Part shown: positions 33,437 through 45,569 of the stretch, one piece after another
Layout: each line of letters opens with the position of its first letter
How positions within the stretch are numbered: position 1 is the first letter of the stretch
Assembly: GCA_020184695.1 (NCBI GenBank)
Contig: JAANOX010000146.1
Location: 186,001-250,000, forward strand
Reading direction: 5' to 3'
From: Histomonas meleagridis 2922-C6/04-290x
Lineage: Eukaryota; Protista; Parabasalia
DNA length: 64,000 nucleotides
Notes under the pieces: model-generated
Database searches by the model: none
Told to the model about the DNA's origin: nothing
The model's input: only the letters and a program-made list of their open reading frames with translations
Program-made: the position numbers and the translations under genes

Positions 33437-35297
33437 TTAATTCTTGATATTAATTCCTTTTTGAAGTAGTAAATTAATGATTTCATCATTTTCCACACCT
33501 TCTGGTATAAATTTATTTATTTCTTCAAGGGTCACTTTAATATTTTCTTGTTCAAGAAGTAATTTAACTATTTCTATATTCTCATTGGCTATTGCAAATA
33601 TAAGCGCTGATCTATCAATATCATCTACTGCATTAATATTAATATTTTCTTGTTCAAGAAGTAATTTAACTATTTCAGTATAACCTTTTTCACATGCAAT
33701 TATAAGTGGTGTCCTATTAAAAAAATCTTTATCATTAATATTAATATCTTCTTGTTCAAGAAATAATTTTACCATTTTAATATTACCATTTTTAGATGCG
33801 TAAATAAGTGGCGTTTCACATAATTCAAACATTTCTTGATCATGATCATTGATATTAAATTTAATTAAATTATTTTTTCTTATTTGAAGAATTAATTGAA
33901 CAATTTTAATATAATCATTTTTAGCAGCATATAAAAGTATATTTTTAATTAATTAAATCAAGTTTAATATTTTCTTGTTCAAGAAGTAATTTAACTATTT
34001 CAAAATAATTATTATATAATGCAATTTCAAGTGCTGATCTATCAATATCATCTACTGCATTAATATTAATATTTTCTTGTTCAAGAAGTAATTTAACTAT
34101 TTCAGTATAACCTTTTTCACATGCAATTATAAGTGGTGTTTTATTTGTTTTATTTTTAATATTAATATTAAATCCTTTTTGTAAAATTAATAATTTAATA
34201 AGTTCAATGTTTCTTGATTTTATTGAAAAAATAAAATCAATCGGTTGAAACTCATACTTATTCATAATATCATCTAAAATGAATAAATTACCATTTTTTA
34301 AAACTTCTTTAATAATATATTTTTTTGTATTTAAATATAATAAAATTTCATAATTATGATATTTAATACAAAAATTTGTAAGTTTATTTATTTCATAATT
34401 TTTTTTAAATTGTTCATAAATATATTTAAAAATATCATTTTGATGATATTTAATTGCTATTTTACATTCGTTTTTAAAAGATAAATGATTTTGTTCACAT
34501 AAATGAATAATTTCTTTGTTTCCACCTACAACTGAATATTTACTTGTTTTTTCTACATTTGCTCCATTAATAAGTAAATATTTAAAACATTTTATTGATC
34601 CAAAAAATGCTGCATAATCAATTAATGTAACTTTTTCCTGATTAATAAATGAATATCTTTCATAAAGTGATGGTTCAATTGTTTGATTAAAATCAAAATT
34701 TATTTGTGATGATATTTCTTGAAGTTTTTCGATTTCATCATTTCGAATTATTTTCGCAATTTCATTCGGATTAACCCCATCTTCAATTAATTTTTTATGA
34801 AATTCCCAATCATTATTTGAAAGTTCTTTATAATTTTCTATGATTTCATACCTAAAATTAGAATTTTCTAATAATTTATTTATTTTATGGTTAGACATGT
34901 GATGTAAAAAGTATAATGAATTAGTGGATATTAATATTTTTTTTGAAATAAGATTTTTTTGAAACATTTTTTCAAGAATATAAATCGATTCTTGTGTAAA
35001 TTTAGACATTAAAATTTTAATAAATGAATCAAAAATATTATTTTTTAATTGATCATCTAAATCATTTATAAAATTAAGATATATATTAATATCTCTTTTT
35101 TGTGTTATAAATGCTAAGTAAATCATTTGTGATATAAATATATTGAATGAAATAGGATAATTTGATATTAATAATGAATTTAAATTTTTAAATTTTTCAA
35201 TTGAATCTATAATATTATGTTGATTTAAATTAAAAATGATTTTTTCTAATGAATTCAATAAAGTAATTCCTTTACCTTCGTCTACTTTGGACATCAT
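33437..35297 (-). CDS. DUF3447/ankyrin-repeat gene without spacers (one frameshift near 33945)
   Basis: DUF3447 core plus uninterrupted 34-aa repeats with 4-codon linkers (KN-KTNK-TPL, VD-DIDR-SAL, KD-FFNR-TPL). The two ORFs rejoin by removing 1 nt. Confidence 0.8.
33606..34139. repeat. Identical 107-bp duplication (33606-33712 = 34033-34139) inside the ankyrin array
   Basis: Base-by-base comparison; encodes TPLIIACEKGYTEIVKLLLEQENININAVDDIDRSA. Confidence 0.9.
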
Positions 35298-35640
35298 AAT
35301 CAAAATTAATTTCTACATCAAAAATCACATCAAAAAAAAATTGAAATAAAATAAAAATTTTGGCTAATCGTTTTCGCCATGATCGGCACATTCAAAAAGT
35401 GAAAATTGAGATAAAAAATTTTTTGCTGAAAAAGTTATATTTTAAAGGTTATAAAAAAAGTTTTTAATTTCGATGGGAAGTAAGAGAAAGTAAAGTTGAA
35501 TCTATTATTAATGAATGCAAAAAAATTAAATAATTGGCTCATTCAATAATAATTAATAATTCATTAAGTGGAATGTGTGGATGGGTTGTTCCAAATAAAA
35601 AAAAAATGCACTTTCGATACTTTTCTTTTGTTGTTCTTTT

Positions 35641-36650
35641 TATTTCAATTTTCTCTTCTTAATATGTTCTGCTATTTCATTCACTCCGTCTGATTTATCA
35701 CTTTCGTCGTTATCATTTTTCATTTTTTGATTTTTCTTCGCACTTCTTTCAATACAAGTCAACCTCTTTTATCGAATTTGTGTCCTTCGTCCTCTAAATT
35801 CTGTGATTTTTTCATTATTCGTTGTACTGTTTCACATGGATCATTTAAATCATGTATATTTTCATCATATCTACTATTTAATCCGATTTCATTGAAACTT
35901 TGCGTTTTATCTGTTTTATTGTTTAGACGTCTTAAATTCCTATTAACTTCTTTACGTGCATTACATAAAAGTTTATCTTCGTTTGGTGGAAAGCATTCAG
36001 TAATCTTTGTTATGCCAAACATTAATATACATTTTTCTATTAATTTATGTCATTTGCTTTTAATTTCCCAATTTGTCTTTTTATTAGAGTTAATTCCAAG
36101 TATTATAATATTACCAAGTTGTGAAGATTCAACAAATTTTGGTAATCGAGAAATCAATTTTGAAAATTGTAATGCACTACGAAATACTTATGATGTCGGA
36201 TTAGAATCAGTAGCCTTGAAACATATCAAACAAAATTTTTTGAGGTCTTTAAGGTTAATATTTTCTGGAAATTTGTTAATTTAAACATTCAATAACATCA
36301 ATTGTATTACTTAAAAAATTACTTGAATTTGATGCTGTACAAACTGATGTAATAACAATGGTGTTAATGATTGTCCGCGTTTTATGAAATCACTTGCAAT
36401 AGTATTAATAAATTCATTAGCTGCTTCAAGTATTTTTAATCTATGCTCTTTGAATGCTCCAACAATTTCTGGTAAAAAACCATTAACATTTCACCATAAT
36501 TTTATGTATTTGGTATTTGTAATAATGTTAACATTAATAATAATTGATAACCTAGTGTTTTCGATGATTTAACTTTTGTTGTAGTGTTTAACGCGTTAAG
36601 TAAATCAGATGTAACTGAAGGATTTGGAAACTTCTGGAAACGTTTGATAA
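35641..36650 (-). pseudogene. RRP12-like C-terminal pseudogene fragment
   Basis: Stitched frames give GFLPEIVGAFKEHRLKILEAANEFI and EIKSK*HKLIEKCILMFGITKITECFPPNEDKLLCNARKEVNR, matching recalled RRP12 motifs; several stops and frameshifts; no 5' half. Confidence 0.7.
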
Positions 36651-36661
36651 GTACTTATCAA
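36644..36661. repeat. Perfect 18-bp palindrome TTGATAAGTACTTATCAA
   Basis: Self reverse-complementary; sits where the RRP12 fragment breaks off. Confidence 0.95.
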
Positions 36662-36789
36662 TGCAAAAGGGCGCCAAATTAACTTTTTGTGAGAAAAATT
36701 TGTTTTTGGTGGGGTTTGAAATAAAAAACGGTTTCCTCCTGGCCAGGGGTACCCCCTATTTCTTAAGCTTGAGCAGGATTACTCCATAT

Positions 36790-39142
36790 ATGAGCCCTCA
36801 ATCCTTCTATAGTTTAAATAAATTGGTCAATAACCTTCATAATGAATGTGAAAAATCAACACCAAACTATCAAGAATGTCTTCGTTTAATGAAAAATTTT
36901 GGAAGTATTCTTAATGCAATTGAAGATATCAATGAATTACAATATCAGCAACTTTGGTCGATTGCGAGATCAATCCTTACACGTAGGAAAGAAGTTCCAC
37001 TTATTTTACGAATTATTACTATTCATGTTTATACGACATTAACTATAAAATTATATTCTAATCATCACAATACAGCGGGGGCAATCTCTTATACATTAAT
37101 TATTAATGAATTTAAGGATGAAGTATCTTCAGATTCACCTTCAATTTCATTTTTAATTTCAATTTTTGATGCAATCTACGCATGTTCTAAAGCAGGATGT
37201 TGTAACGACAAAGAAACAATTATTGGGCTTCTATCATTACAAGAAATATTTAGTTCATTAACAGAATGTTCCAAGCAATCAATTGCTTTAGCACTTGATA
37301 TTGATTTAGGACCATTTGTAAAACTATATAAATATGGACAATATTCCGTAAAGATGAATAATCTTCTTCAATCACTTGGCTGTTCGAAAAACATAGTCGA
37401 TACACAGTATATTTTTCCAATACCACCACGTAAAATAAGTTCATTAGAAAAACGTATTGCACTACAAAACGTTCTTAAAGGAATAGAATCATATCAACTC
37501 GCTCAACTTATAATTAAAGGATTTCAAAAATTTGAAATTATTAAAAATTACAAACCACCACAAACCACAACGGCACTTATTCAACAATTAATTGAAGAAA
37601 AAAACCAATAGAAGATATTAAATCATCAGAATCAGGTATTTTTTTATTATTGAACAAGCATTAACAAATCTTCAAAATAATTCACAATATATACCAATAA
37701 CAATGCAATCACAATTTATATCAATATTAATTACTACTATTGATTTTAATGAACCTAATTTTGAAGAATGTAAAGGTCCAATAACAACATATATTATCAA
37801 TAATGTTATTTCATCATTAAAATATGTTGATACATTTTTAACATCATGGACGAATTATGAGTTTATACATAACTCAGAAACGCGTTATAATACACTTGTT
37901 AATATAATACTTAAAAAGATAAGTAATAATTTAAATAATGAAGGATTAATTACAAATTATATATTAAATTTACCTAAACTTCCAGAAGAAATATTTCAAA
38001 ATCTTCAAACAAAAGAATTTCAACAAATTAATCAAATATTATTAACAATAAATGAATATATAAAAGATTCAATAAATTTACAAAAGAAATTTTTAAAATG
38101 TTTATTTCAATTAACAATTCAAGAAGATGAAATAATATCAAATTCATCATTAAATATTATCCAAAATTATTATCAAAAGAAAGAATTTATAATGAAAATT
38201 AATAAGAAGGCAATAAAATATTTAAATTATTCTATAGAAATCAAAGATAATATACAATTATCAAATATTTATATGGAATTATTTTTTATGGTGCTTGAAT
38301 ATAATTATGAAATTTTTAGGGAATTAATTGATATATATAATAAAATTACGAATAAATTAATCAAAAATTTAATTTGTAAAAAACTTAAAAACAAAATACC
38401 AAAAATGCATTTATTTGATAATGACTTTATTAAAGAAATTATTAAATATTCACGACAAAATAATTATAAAATGGATTTAATTCATATTTATCTTGATTAT
38501 GTTTCAAAACAATTGATATATATATCGAAAGATTTATTTAATATCCTTAAAAAAGAACTTATTAAATATAATGATCCAAGATTTCTAATACCAATAATTC
38601 CTACATTATTAAAGAATACGCCAAATGATTTTGAACAATATTTACATTATATGTTAAATTTATCGATCGTTGGATTAAGGCGTGCATTATCTTCATTAAT
38701 TTATAATGATTATGGTATAACATTTATAATTTTATTAAATAATATAACAAAAACATCAAATTTATATAATAAAGCAATTGAAGCATTAAAAATTAGTTTT
38801 GAAACTAATGGTTTATTAACTTATGAAAAATGTACAATAGCTATAAATTATATTATACAAAACCACAAGTCTTTGGATTTATTAATGAATACTTTATATG
38901 AAATAATTTGTAAATTTACGAATGAAAAATGTTTTAAATATCTTTTTAGACATATATTACCAATAGTTAATCATTTTGATATATTTAATGACAAAAATAA
39001 TTGGAATATATTAAAGAAAATGATTTATATTGCAAAACCAATATCATTTCAATTTGTAAAAACTTTAAGTTATGATAAAATTAATGATTTGATCAAAGAA
39101 TATCCAGAAATAAGTAATATTTTAAAAAATATCAATAAATGA
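36790..39142 (+). CDS. Symplekin/Pta1-like protein, split by two 1-nt losses in homopolymers near 37600-37645
   Basis: C-terminal DPRFLIPIIPTL...LLMNTLYEII resembles Symplekin_C. ORFs 36661-37611 and 37703-39142 join if one A and one T are restored. Confidence 0.6.
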
Positions 39143-40078
39143 AAAGAATAATTATTTCATCATCAAATATTTTAATATTTCTTAATATTTATAACTATAG
39201 CTTTCTTTAATACTGATGAAAAATGCATTTTTCGATGTATTTTTGCAGAACGTACAACGAGATTATAAATCACATGGAATTCTACTGTCACTTTTTCAAA
39301 ACCGAAAAATCCACATAAAAAGTGATATCACAAATAGAAATGTTATTTTTTAAAAATTAACTACACTTTGTGAGAAATTAAATGCATTTAATAAATTTCT
39401 AATATCTTGACTATTCTTCAGAAATTTAATATCTTGATTATTCTGATTTTAAAATGTGCTGGGAAAAAAATTGTGTTTTATAAGAATTGAATGAGTTTCA
39501 GAGGTTGTGGTTCGTATTTATTTGATTATATTAAAATTAATAAAAAATCGTAAGCGAATTTTGCAAAAAAATGATTTTATTTTAGTATTGTAAAGTATTC
39601 AAATGAACGATTTTTACGCTCGTTTTTGATCGTGATTTTCACTTTTTGTATGATCTCCATTTTTTTCTATACTTTTTGAGTTTTTTGACATTCTATCGTG
39701 CATAAACACACAGATCTTGATCGTTTGACGTGATTGTCACCCCCTCCCATCTGGTTGAACTTTTAACTTTTAGTTAGGGGCTTTTATCATAGCCAATATC
39801 ACTGTGTAATTTTGGGATTTAGTAAAAACTACCATTGGGGAATATATACCTATTTATTTTTATATTTATACTTTCTGCGCAGGAACTTGCAAATCAGACG
39901 ATTAGCCACACCTTAGTATGGAATTTACACCACAATAGAATGGATATATTTTGAGTTTGAAGTAATGTTAATGTTATCTCAAAAATCTTTTGCTCCTTTC
40001 CATAGACACATGTTAACATTTCGAAAAATTTACGTTTTGATTCTATAACAATTTCATTAATTTCTTATTTTAGTTAAG

Positions 40079-40411
40079 TTAATTACCTTCTTGACCGAAT
40101 TCTTTTGTCCATTTCTCATATTGAATGAGGTCTTGTTTAGAAACTGATGGGCGCACTTTTTGGATACTCTGGCGGAAGTCATCTATTGTTAGCGAAGGAG
40201 GCTTAAGCATCGCCAATTGCGCTGGCGACATTTCGAGGACTGTCATGTGCATTGAGCCTGGTGTGCCCGGGTTACATGGATATAATTGCCCTTGGTACTC
40301 AACGAAGTTTTCTGCTTGTTGGATACGGTTCACTGGTGCCATAGCTGCATCGCGTGCCAAAATGTTCATATCTGCACCTGAATATCCGTCTGTCAAACGC
40401 GTGGAAATTTC
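40079..40411 (-). pseudogene. Orphan 3' fragment of a VPS4-type AAA ATPase
   Basis: TDGYSGADMNILARDAAMAPV...RPSVSKQDLIQYEKWTKEFGQEG is the Vps4 C-terminal signature; an in-frame stop lies directly upstream and no Walker A/B part is nearby. Confidence 0.8.
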
Positions 40412-40579
40412 TTAATTATATATAATTTATCTAACTTCCATATATAACTTTTGAAATAAACAATTATTTCATACCAAAATTATTTGGTGTTGATGAATCT
40501 ACCATGATTAAATTCGAACAAGGCGCATGACATTTGCAAATACTTTTTTAAGTGAAGTTCATGATATTTATTAATTTTT

Positions 40580-41539
40580 TTTTAATAGGTTAATGACATT
40601 GATGAAGAATAGAAGAGAACCATATATCGCATATACATATAACATTAATATCAAATTTTTCGGTGAACGAAATTCAACATTTTCTCTCTCGATGTTCGGA
40701 AAGCAGTCGATGAAATGTTTGCAACTGGTAATTTCTCAGGATATGGCGCTGATAATGATCTTCGCACAGATTACTAAAAATTAGTTGCTATTTGGATATG
40801 GATTAGTGACAACATCGAATATGGTGGTGTAGGCCAGAACGGAAATTCAGCATACGATGCAATTGTTGACCATAAAGTCGTTTGCCAAGGTTATTCAGCT
40901 ATATCATCTCTCTTCTTTAATCGTGCAGGTATTGAAGGGATTGCTGTTATTGGAATTACAAAAGGTAGTCATGCATGGAATTGGGTTCATCTTGGCGAAG
41001 ATTGGTATGCATATGATAGCACAGATTCTCGAGAAGGATTATTCTTAAAGGCACTTGATGGTTCATATCATAGGAAATATTATACTTATGTTAATGGTGA
41101 ATTGGAATATGGTTTCCCGATTACTGATGTTGACTATCAATATAAAGCATATCCATGGCAAGACCCTAAAGATAAGCCACTATTCTATCAAAAAGAAGCA
41201 ACAGACTCTGGTTTAATTGGGTCAAATCTTAGGTGGACATTAAAGAAAGGGCTTCTTACGATTAAAGGAAATGGACCAATGCGCGATTTTGAAAACGAAA
41301 CACTTGTTCCATGGAAGAATTTCTTTAATGATATTACAGATCTTAAGATTGAAGAATGTGTTACGACTATTGGTGATTATGCATTTTATTATGTAAAGAC
41401 TCTTAAGTACGAAAATTGCCAAGATAAATTGGGATCAATTAAATCAATTGGAAAGAATACATTTTCTGATATAGATAAATTTGTTGAAGATCTTAAAGAT
41501 AAAGCAAAAAGCAAATGTTATCACATTTTCATTAAATAA
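40580..41539 (+). pseudogene. Transglutaminase-like (Cys-His-Asp) domain fused to a BspA-type LRR, with 5' stops
   Basis: Frame is open 40778-41539: AYDAIVDHKVVCQGYS, SHAWNWVHLGEDWYAYDST, then WTLKKGLLTIKGNGPM...IEECVTTIGDYAF; several in-frame stops upstream. Confidence 0.75.
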
Positions 41540-41600
41540 GTGTTTATTCAAACAAAACAAATGATGAATTCTCAAATGGCATTTCCAATAAATTAGATGA

Positions 41601-43049
41601 TCATTCTCCATCTTCAGAAATTACCAGGTTTTCGTTAGTCTTAATGCAGTCCCTTAGTTCATTTATCAAGTTTTCAGTGATTTCATCGTCTGTTGGAACA
41701 TTTTGTAAACATTGAATTAATTCATCGTCAAAAAAAGGTATATCGAAATGTGCAATATTCAATAATCCTTTCAGTAAAAGCGGGGTACTTTCAATTGAAA
41801 ACATCAATTCCTTGATATAATTAATCAAGCCAATTTGTATTAGAGCATTAATTTGTAGTGCATCGCAATTGATTAATGTTATAGAAAACAACTCTAGAAT
41901 TGCTTCTTTTAGATCAAAGTCCAGATTGTCAAACAAAGCGCCTATGTGCTCAAAGATTTGAGCTGCAATTAAAGAGTTAACGTAAAAACCGCCACGGTTT
42001 ACAACGCTCTGAAAAAGTTTCACCACTGAAATTTGAATGCTTTTTTCGGTTTTTAACATGCCATGGAAGACGTTAAAATCGATCATTTGATGGAAACGAG
42101 AAATGTTTTCTTCGTTATAACTTATATAACAGAGTTTTAAAATCTCAACAATATAAAATACAGTGGGGATATCTTGCGAATTTATGAAGTTTAAAATCAA
42201 ATCTTCAATAAATTTTGAAGATAAAAATTGATTTACGACTAACAACAAATAGAACAAACCACATATGCTATGTGCATAGCAGGGTTCGATGTTGTTTTGG
42301 AAAATAAAACAGAATATTCGATAAAGTAAATCAATTGATCGTTCATTAAGAATATCTGCTTTCCTCGCAATGTTCGAAAGTAACCACGAAGAACTTTGGA
42401 GAACTTGGCTTTCTGTGGACTTTGAGATTTCATTGAATAGCATATCTAATAATTGAAATATATATTTGAAATGATTCAAAAAAATGTCTGTAGAGTAAAG
42501 ATTAATTAAAAGACGTAATGCTCCTATTTTGGTATCAACACTATAATTGACAAAATTATTTAAAATAATTTGAACAGTGTCATATTTCGTAATTAAATCA
42601 ACAATAACATCTTTTGATGCATCTGAAAGTATAACAAGTAACGTAAACGCACGAGCTAATAAAGTTTGATTTCCTTCAACTGCATCATGAAGAGGTGTTT
42701 CAGCAGCATTTAAATCTACAATAATAAGAAGTGTATCTAGTATTTCAGATTTTTTAAGTTTGTTGCAATATTCATTCATTTCAACATTTTGTGAAATTGC
42801 TGTAATACAGAAATTGATTAAATTTTCGATTTGTAACAAAATATTTCCGAAATTTAAATTAATCCAAGAAGTAAAAAGTCTTTGGCATGTGTCATGAAAA
42901 ATTTCAATGCTCTCTATAGTTGGTAATTTATCAACATCTTCATATATTTGGGGAACAAAAGAGGAAATACGCATTCTTCCATGCATTGAGTTGAATGCTG
43001 ATACTTCAGCAAAAGAAAACTTCTTACCCAGCGCATAACTCACCAGCAT
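41601..43049 (-). CDS. ARM/HEAT-repeat (importin-alpha-like) protein
   Basis: ARM-like helices GALRLLINL and SSWLLSNIA; start uncertain. Confidence 0.6.
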   Translation of the reverse strand: MLVSYALGKKFSFAEVSAFNSMHGRMRISSFVPQIYEDVDKLPTIESIEIFHDTCQRLFTSWINLNFGNILLQIENLINFCITAISQNVEMNEYCNKLKKSEILDTLLIIVDLNAAETPLHDAVEGNQTLLARAFTLLVILSDASKDVIVDLITKYDTVQIILNNFVNYSVDTKIGALRLLINLYSTDIFLNHFKYIFQLLDMLFNEISKSTESQVLQSSSWLLSNIARKADILNERSIDLLYRIFCFIFQNNIEPCYAHSICGLFYLLLVVNQFLSSKFIEDLILNFINSQDIPTVFYIVEILKLCYISYNEENISRFHQMIDFNVFHGMLKTEKSIQISVVKLFQSVVNRGGFYVNSLIAAQIFEHIGALFDNLDFDLKEAILELFSITLINCDALQINALIQIGLINYIKELMFSIESTPLLLKGLLNIAHFDIPFFDDELIQCLQNVPTDDEITENLINELRDCIKTNENLVISEDGE

Positions 43050-43254
43050 TTTTAGTGAACTTAACAAGCATATAGGTCTTTATCAAAAAGTTTAAAATAA
43101 ACGTTCCAAATATTGACGCTTTCACTGTAAACTGATGAATATCCACTTTTTTAATGCTTTTGTGGTGTCAATATACATTTGAATAGTTTTATCAAGAATT
43201 AATTTTTTGATTGAATTTTTGTGATACAAAATTAACGGTCGATATCTTCTATTT

Positions 43255-43581
43255 ATGTCCGAAATATTTAATCAAGGGTCCATGTCTTCTATGGTAAAAC
43301 AGCTAGTTGGAAATGAAGAAACTCTTTCACAAGAAGCTGAAAATATTCTTATACAAATTGGAATGGAATTATTTGAATTAATTGCTCAAAATTCCATAAC
43401 TGAAGCAAAGGCGAGGCAACCTGATCAGGAACATGTAACAGTTGAACAGTGCGATGCTTCTCTCGTGTGTGATGCTCTTTTAAAAAATAATCACCAACAA
43501 ATTAACAAATCACAAAATCCAGAGCACCTTGAAAGGATGGAGCTTCTAAGGATGTTCCGCGAATCAAAGGAAAATCAATAA
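43255..43581 (+). CDS. TAF12-like histone-fold protein
   Basis: MVKQLVGNEETLSQEAENILIQIGMELFE...AKAR and C-terminal EHLERMELLR match the TAF12 pattern; Myb-type TAACGG at 43233-43238. Confidence 0.65.
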   Translation: MSEIFNQGSMSSMVKQLVGNEETLSQEAENILIQIGMELFELIAQNSITEAKARQPDQEHVTVEQCDASLVCDALLKNNHQQINKSQNPEHLERMELLRMFRESKENQ

Positions 43582-43759
43582 ATATATGTTTAATGTTAAA
43601 AAAAATATTATTTTATTTAATGATTAAAATCGTGTTTGAAATTATTATAGCTCATACAAAGCATCGCCCTTGAATTATAATAACGAAATTTGTCACTATA
43701 GCGCGATTTTATAAAAAAAAAATGATATTAATAAATTAGAAACTTTTATCTAACATAAA

Positions 43760-44040
43760 TTTATGTGTGTATATTAAATATATGTATATAACATATCTGT
43801 GCATAACATATTTATGTATTACATTTTCATTGTGTATAGCATATATTAAATATTATATATTCATTATAAGATATAACATCATATTTAACATATTCATTGT
43901 ATATAATCTTATATACAATAATGTAATTTATGATGATATTATATTTGAATATATGAAATACATGATTGTGTTATAACACATAAATATGCTCTGCATGATG
44001 TTATACATAAGTATGTTACATATGATTATGTCAACATAAG
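43760..44040. repeat. Low-complexity AT-rich (ATAT/ACAT/TATG) tract
   Basis: Visible composition; the ORF 43767-43976 over it is spurious. Confidence 0.6.
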
Positions 44041-44219
44041 ATTTAAAGAATATTTCAAGTTTTTCTTTGCCCAAAAAAATCAACAAATTTCATAAAGTAT
44101 GTGCTTCATAAGGTTTATTGCAAAATTTCTAATCTTTGAATAAAAATTCATAGAAAGTAGGCTAAACTTGTTTTTGGAATTTGGCAGAAGCTGTTAAAAT
44201 TATTGAAATTAATTTTGAA

Positions 44220-45569
44220 TTAAGCATTAATTCCTTCTTGTTCAAGAAGTAATTTAACTATTTCTATATAACCACATCCAGATGCAAACATAAGTGCTGT
44301 ATCATATAGTTTAAATAATTTCCAAATATTATTTTAAAATAAAAAAAATATTAAAATAAATCTCAAATTAAGCAAATAAATACCTTTCCCATTAATATCA
44401 ATTCCTCTTTGTTTTAAAATATATTCAACAAGTTCAATATTTCCTATTTCTACAGAGTATATTAAAATATTTTTTGGAATTGGATTTTCTTTCAGAAAAT
44501 GTTTTATGAGATAAAGATTTCCAATTCTTGCACTGTCATTAATAATATTTTCATTAATTTTCAATCCATTTTGTTGTAAAAACTTTAAAATTTCAATGTT
44601 CCAAAACATAATACATTCTATTCCTAATTCTTCTAAATCTTTAATTTCAATAACATTGTTTTCATAAAGATAATAAAAGATATCATTTCGATGAAACATA
44701 ATTGCTGCTTCATATGCATTGTCAAATGAAGAATGATTTTGTTCACATAAATGAATAATTTCTTCATTTCCACTTGCAACTGCATATTTACCTGTTTTAT
44801 TTACATTTGCACCATTCATAAGTAAATATTTAAAACATTTAACTGACCCAAAAAATGCTGCATAATCTATTAATGAAACACCATAATAATTGACAAAACC
44901 ACATCTTTCATAAACTGATGGTAGAATATATCGATTATAATTAAATTTTGAATGTGATGTTATTTCTTGAAGTTTTTCTATTTCATCATTTCGAATTACT
45001 TTTGCAATTTCATTTGGATTATGGCCATCTTCAATTAATTTCTTATGAAGCGCCCAATCATTCTTTGAGAGTTCTTCAATGTTTGACATATGTCTAGAAG
45101 AACGATAATTCATTGTTTGAATTTCTTCTTTAGTCATATAGTGAATAAAATATAGACTTTTCTTAGCTTTTAATATTTTTGGATCAATAATGTTATATTC
45201 ACATAATTTCAAAAGTGGATAATTTGGTTCTTTCTCAATAAGTGTTGAAAAAAAAAGAAAATTAGTAAAAACATCAAAAATTTTAGATTTGACTTTATAA
45301 GTTTCTTGAAATTTTTGAATTTCATTCATGAAATTTAAATATATAGTAAAATCATTGTCTGTAGTAATAATACAGATAAAGACAAAATGACTTATAACAA
45401 CATTAAATGAACATGGGTAATCATAATCAAATATGGAAATAATTGTTTGAGATGATTGAGAAATATTTTTTTTATTTAAACCAAATATGATTTGCTGAAT
45501 TGATTCAATGATTTCCATTTCGCTTGCTTTTGAGTTTTGATGTTTTTTATTTGGACTGTTTGCCAACAT
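44220..45569 (-). CDS. DUF3447/ankyrin gene (locus B) with one 81-nt spacer (44301-44381) before the last repeat
   Basis: The ORF stops inside the spacer (IYLLNLRFILIFFLF*); an intact repeat TALMFASGCGYIEIVKLLLEQEGINA* follows. Confidence 0.8.

Noticed and set aside
35727-36284. 185-aa plus-strand ORF and other antisense ORFs (8751-8939, 11500-11772, 40125-40415, 60716-61138 etc.)
   Set aside because: Shadows of real genes or pseudogenes on the opposite strand.
40412-40470. Trans-splicing acceptor in front of the VPS4 fragment
   Set aside because: An AG is present but there is no ACTAAC branch motif at the trichomonad distance.
43005-43045. Canonical intron at the 5' end of the ARM gene (GTGAGT/GGTAAG)
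   Set aside because: The frame is open through it and there is no ACTAAC branch point.
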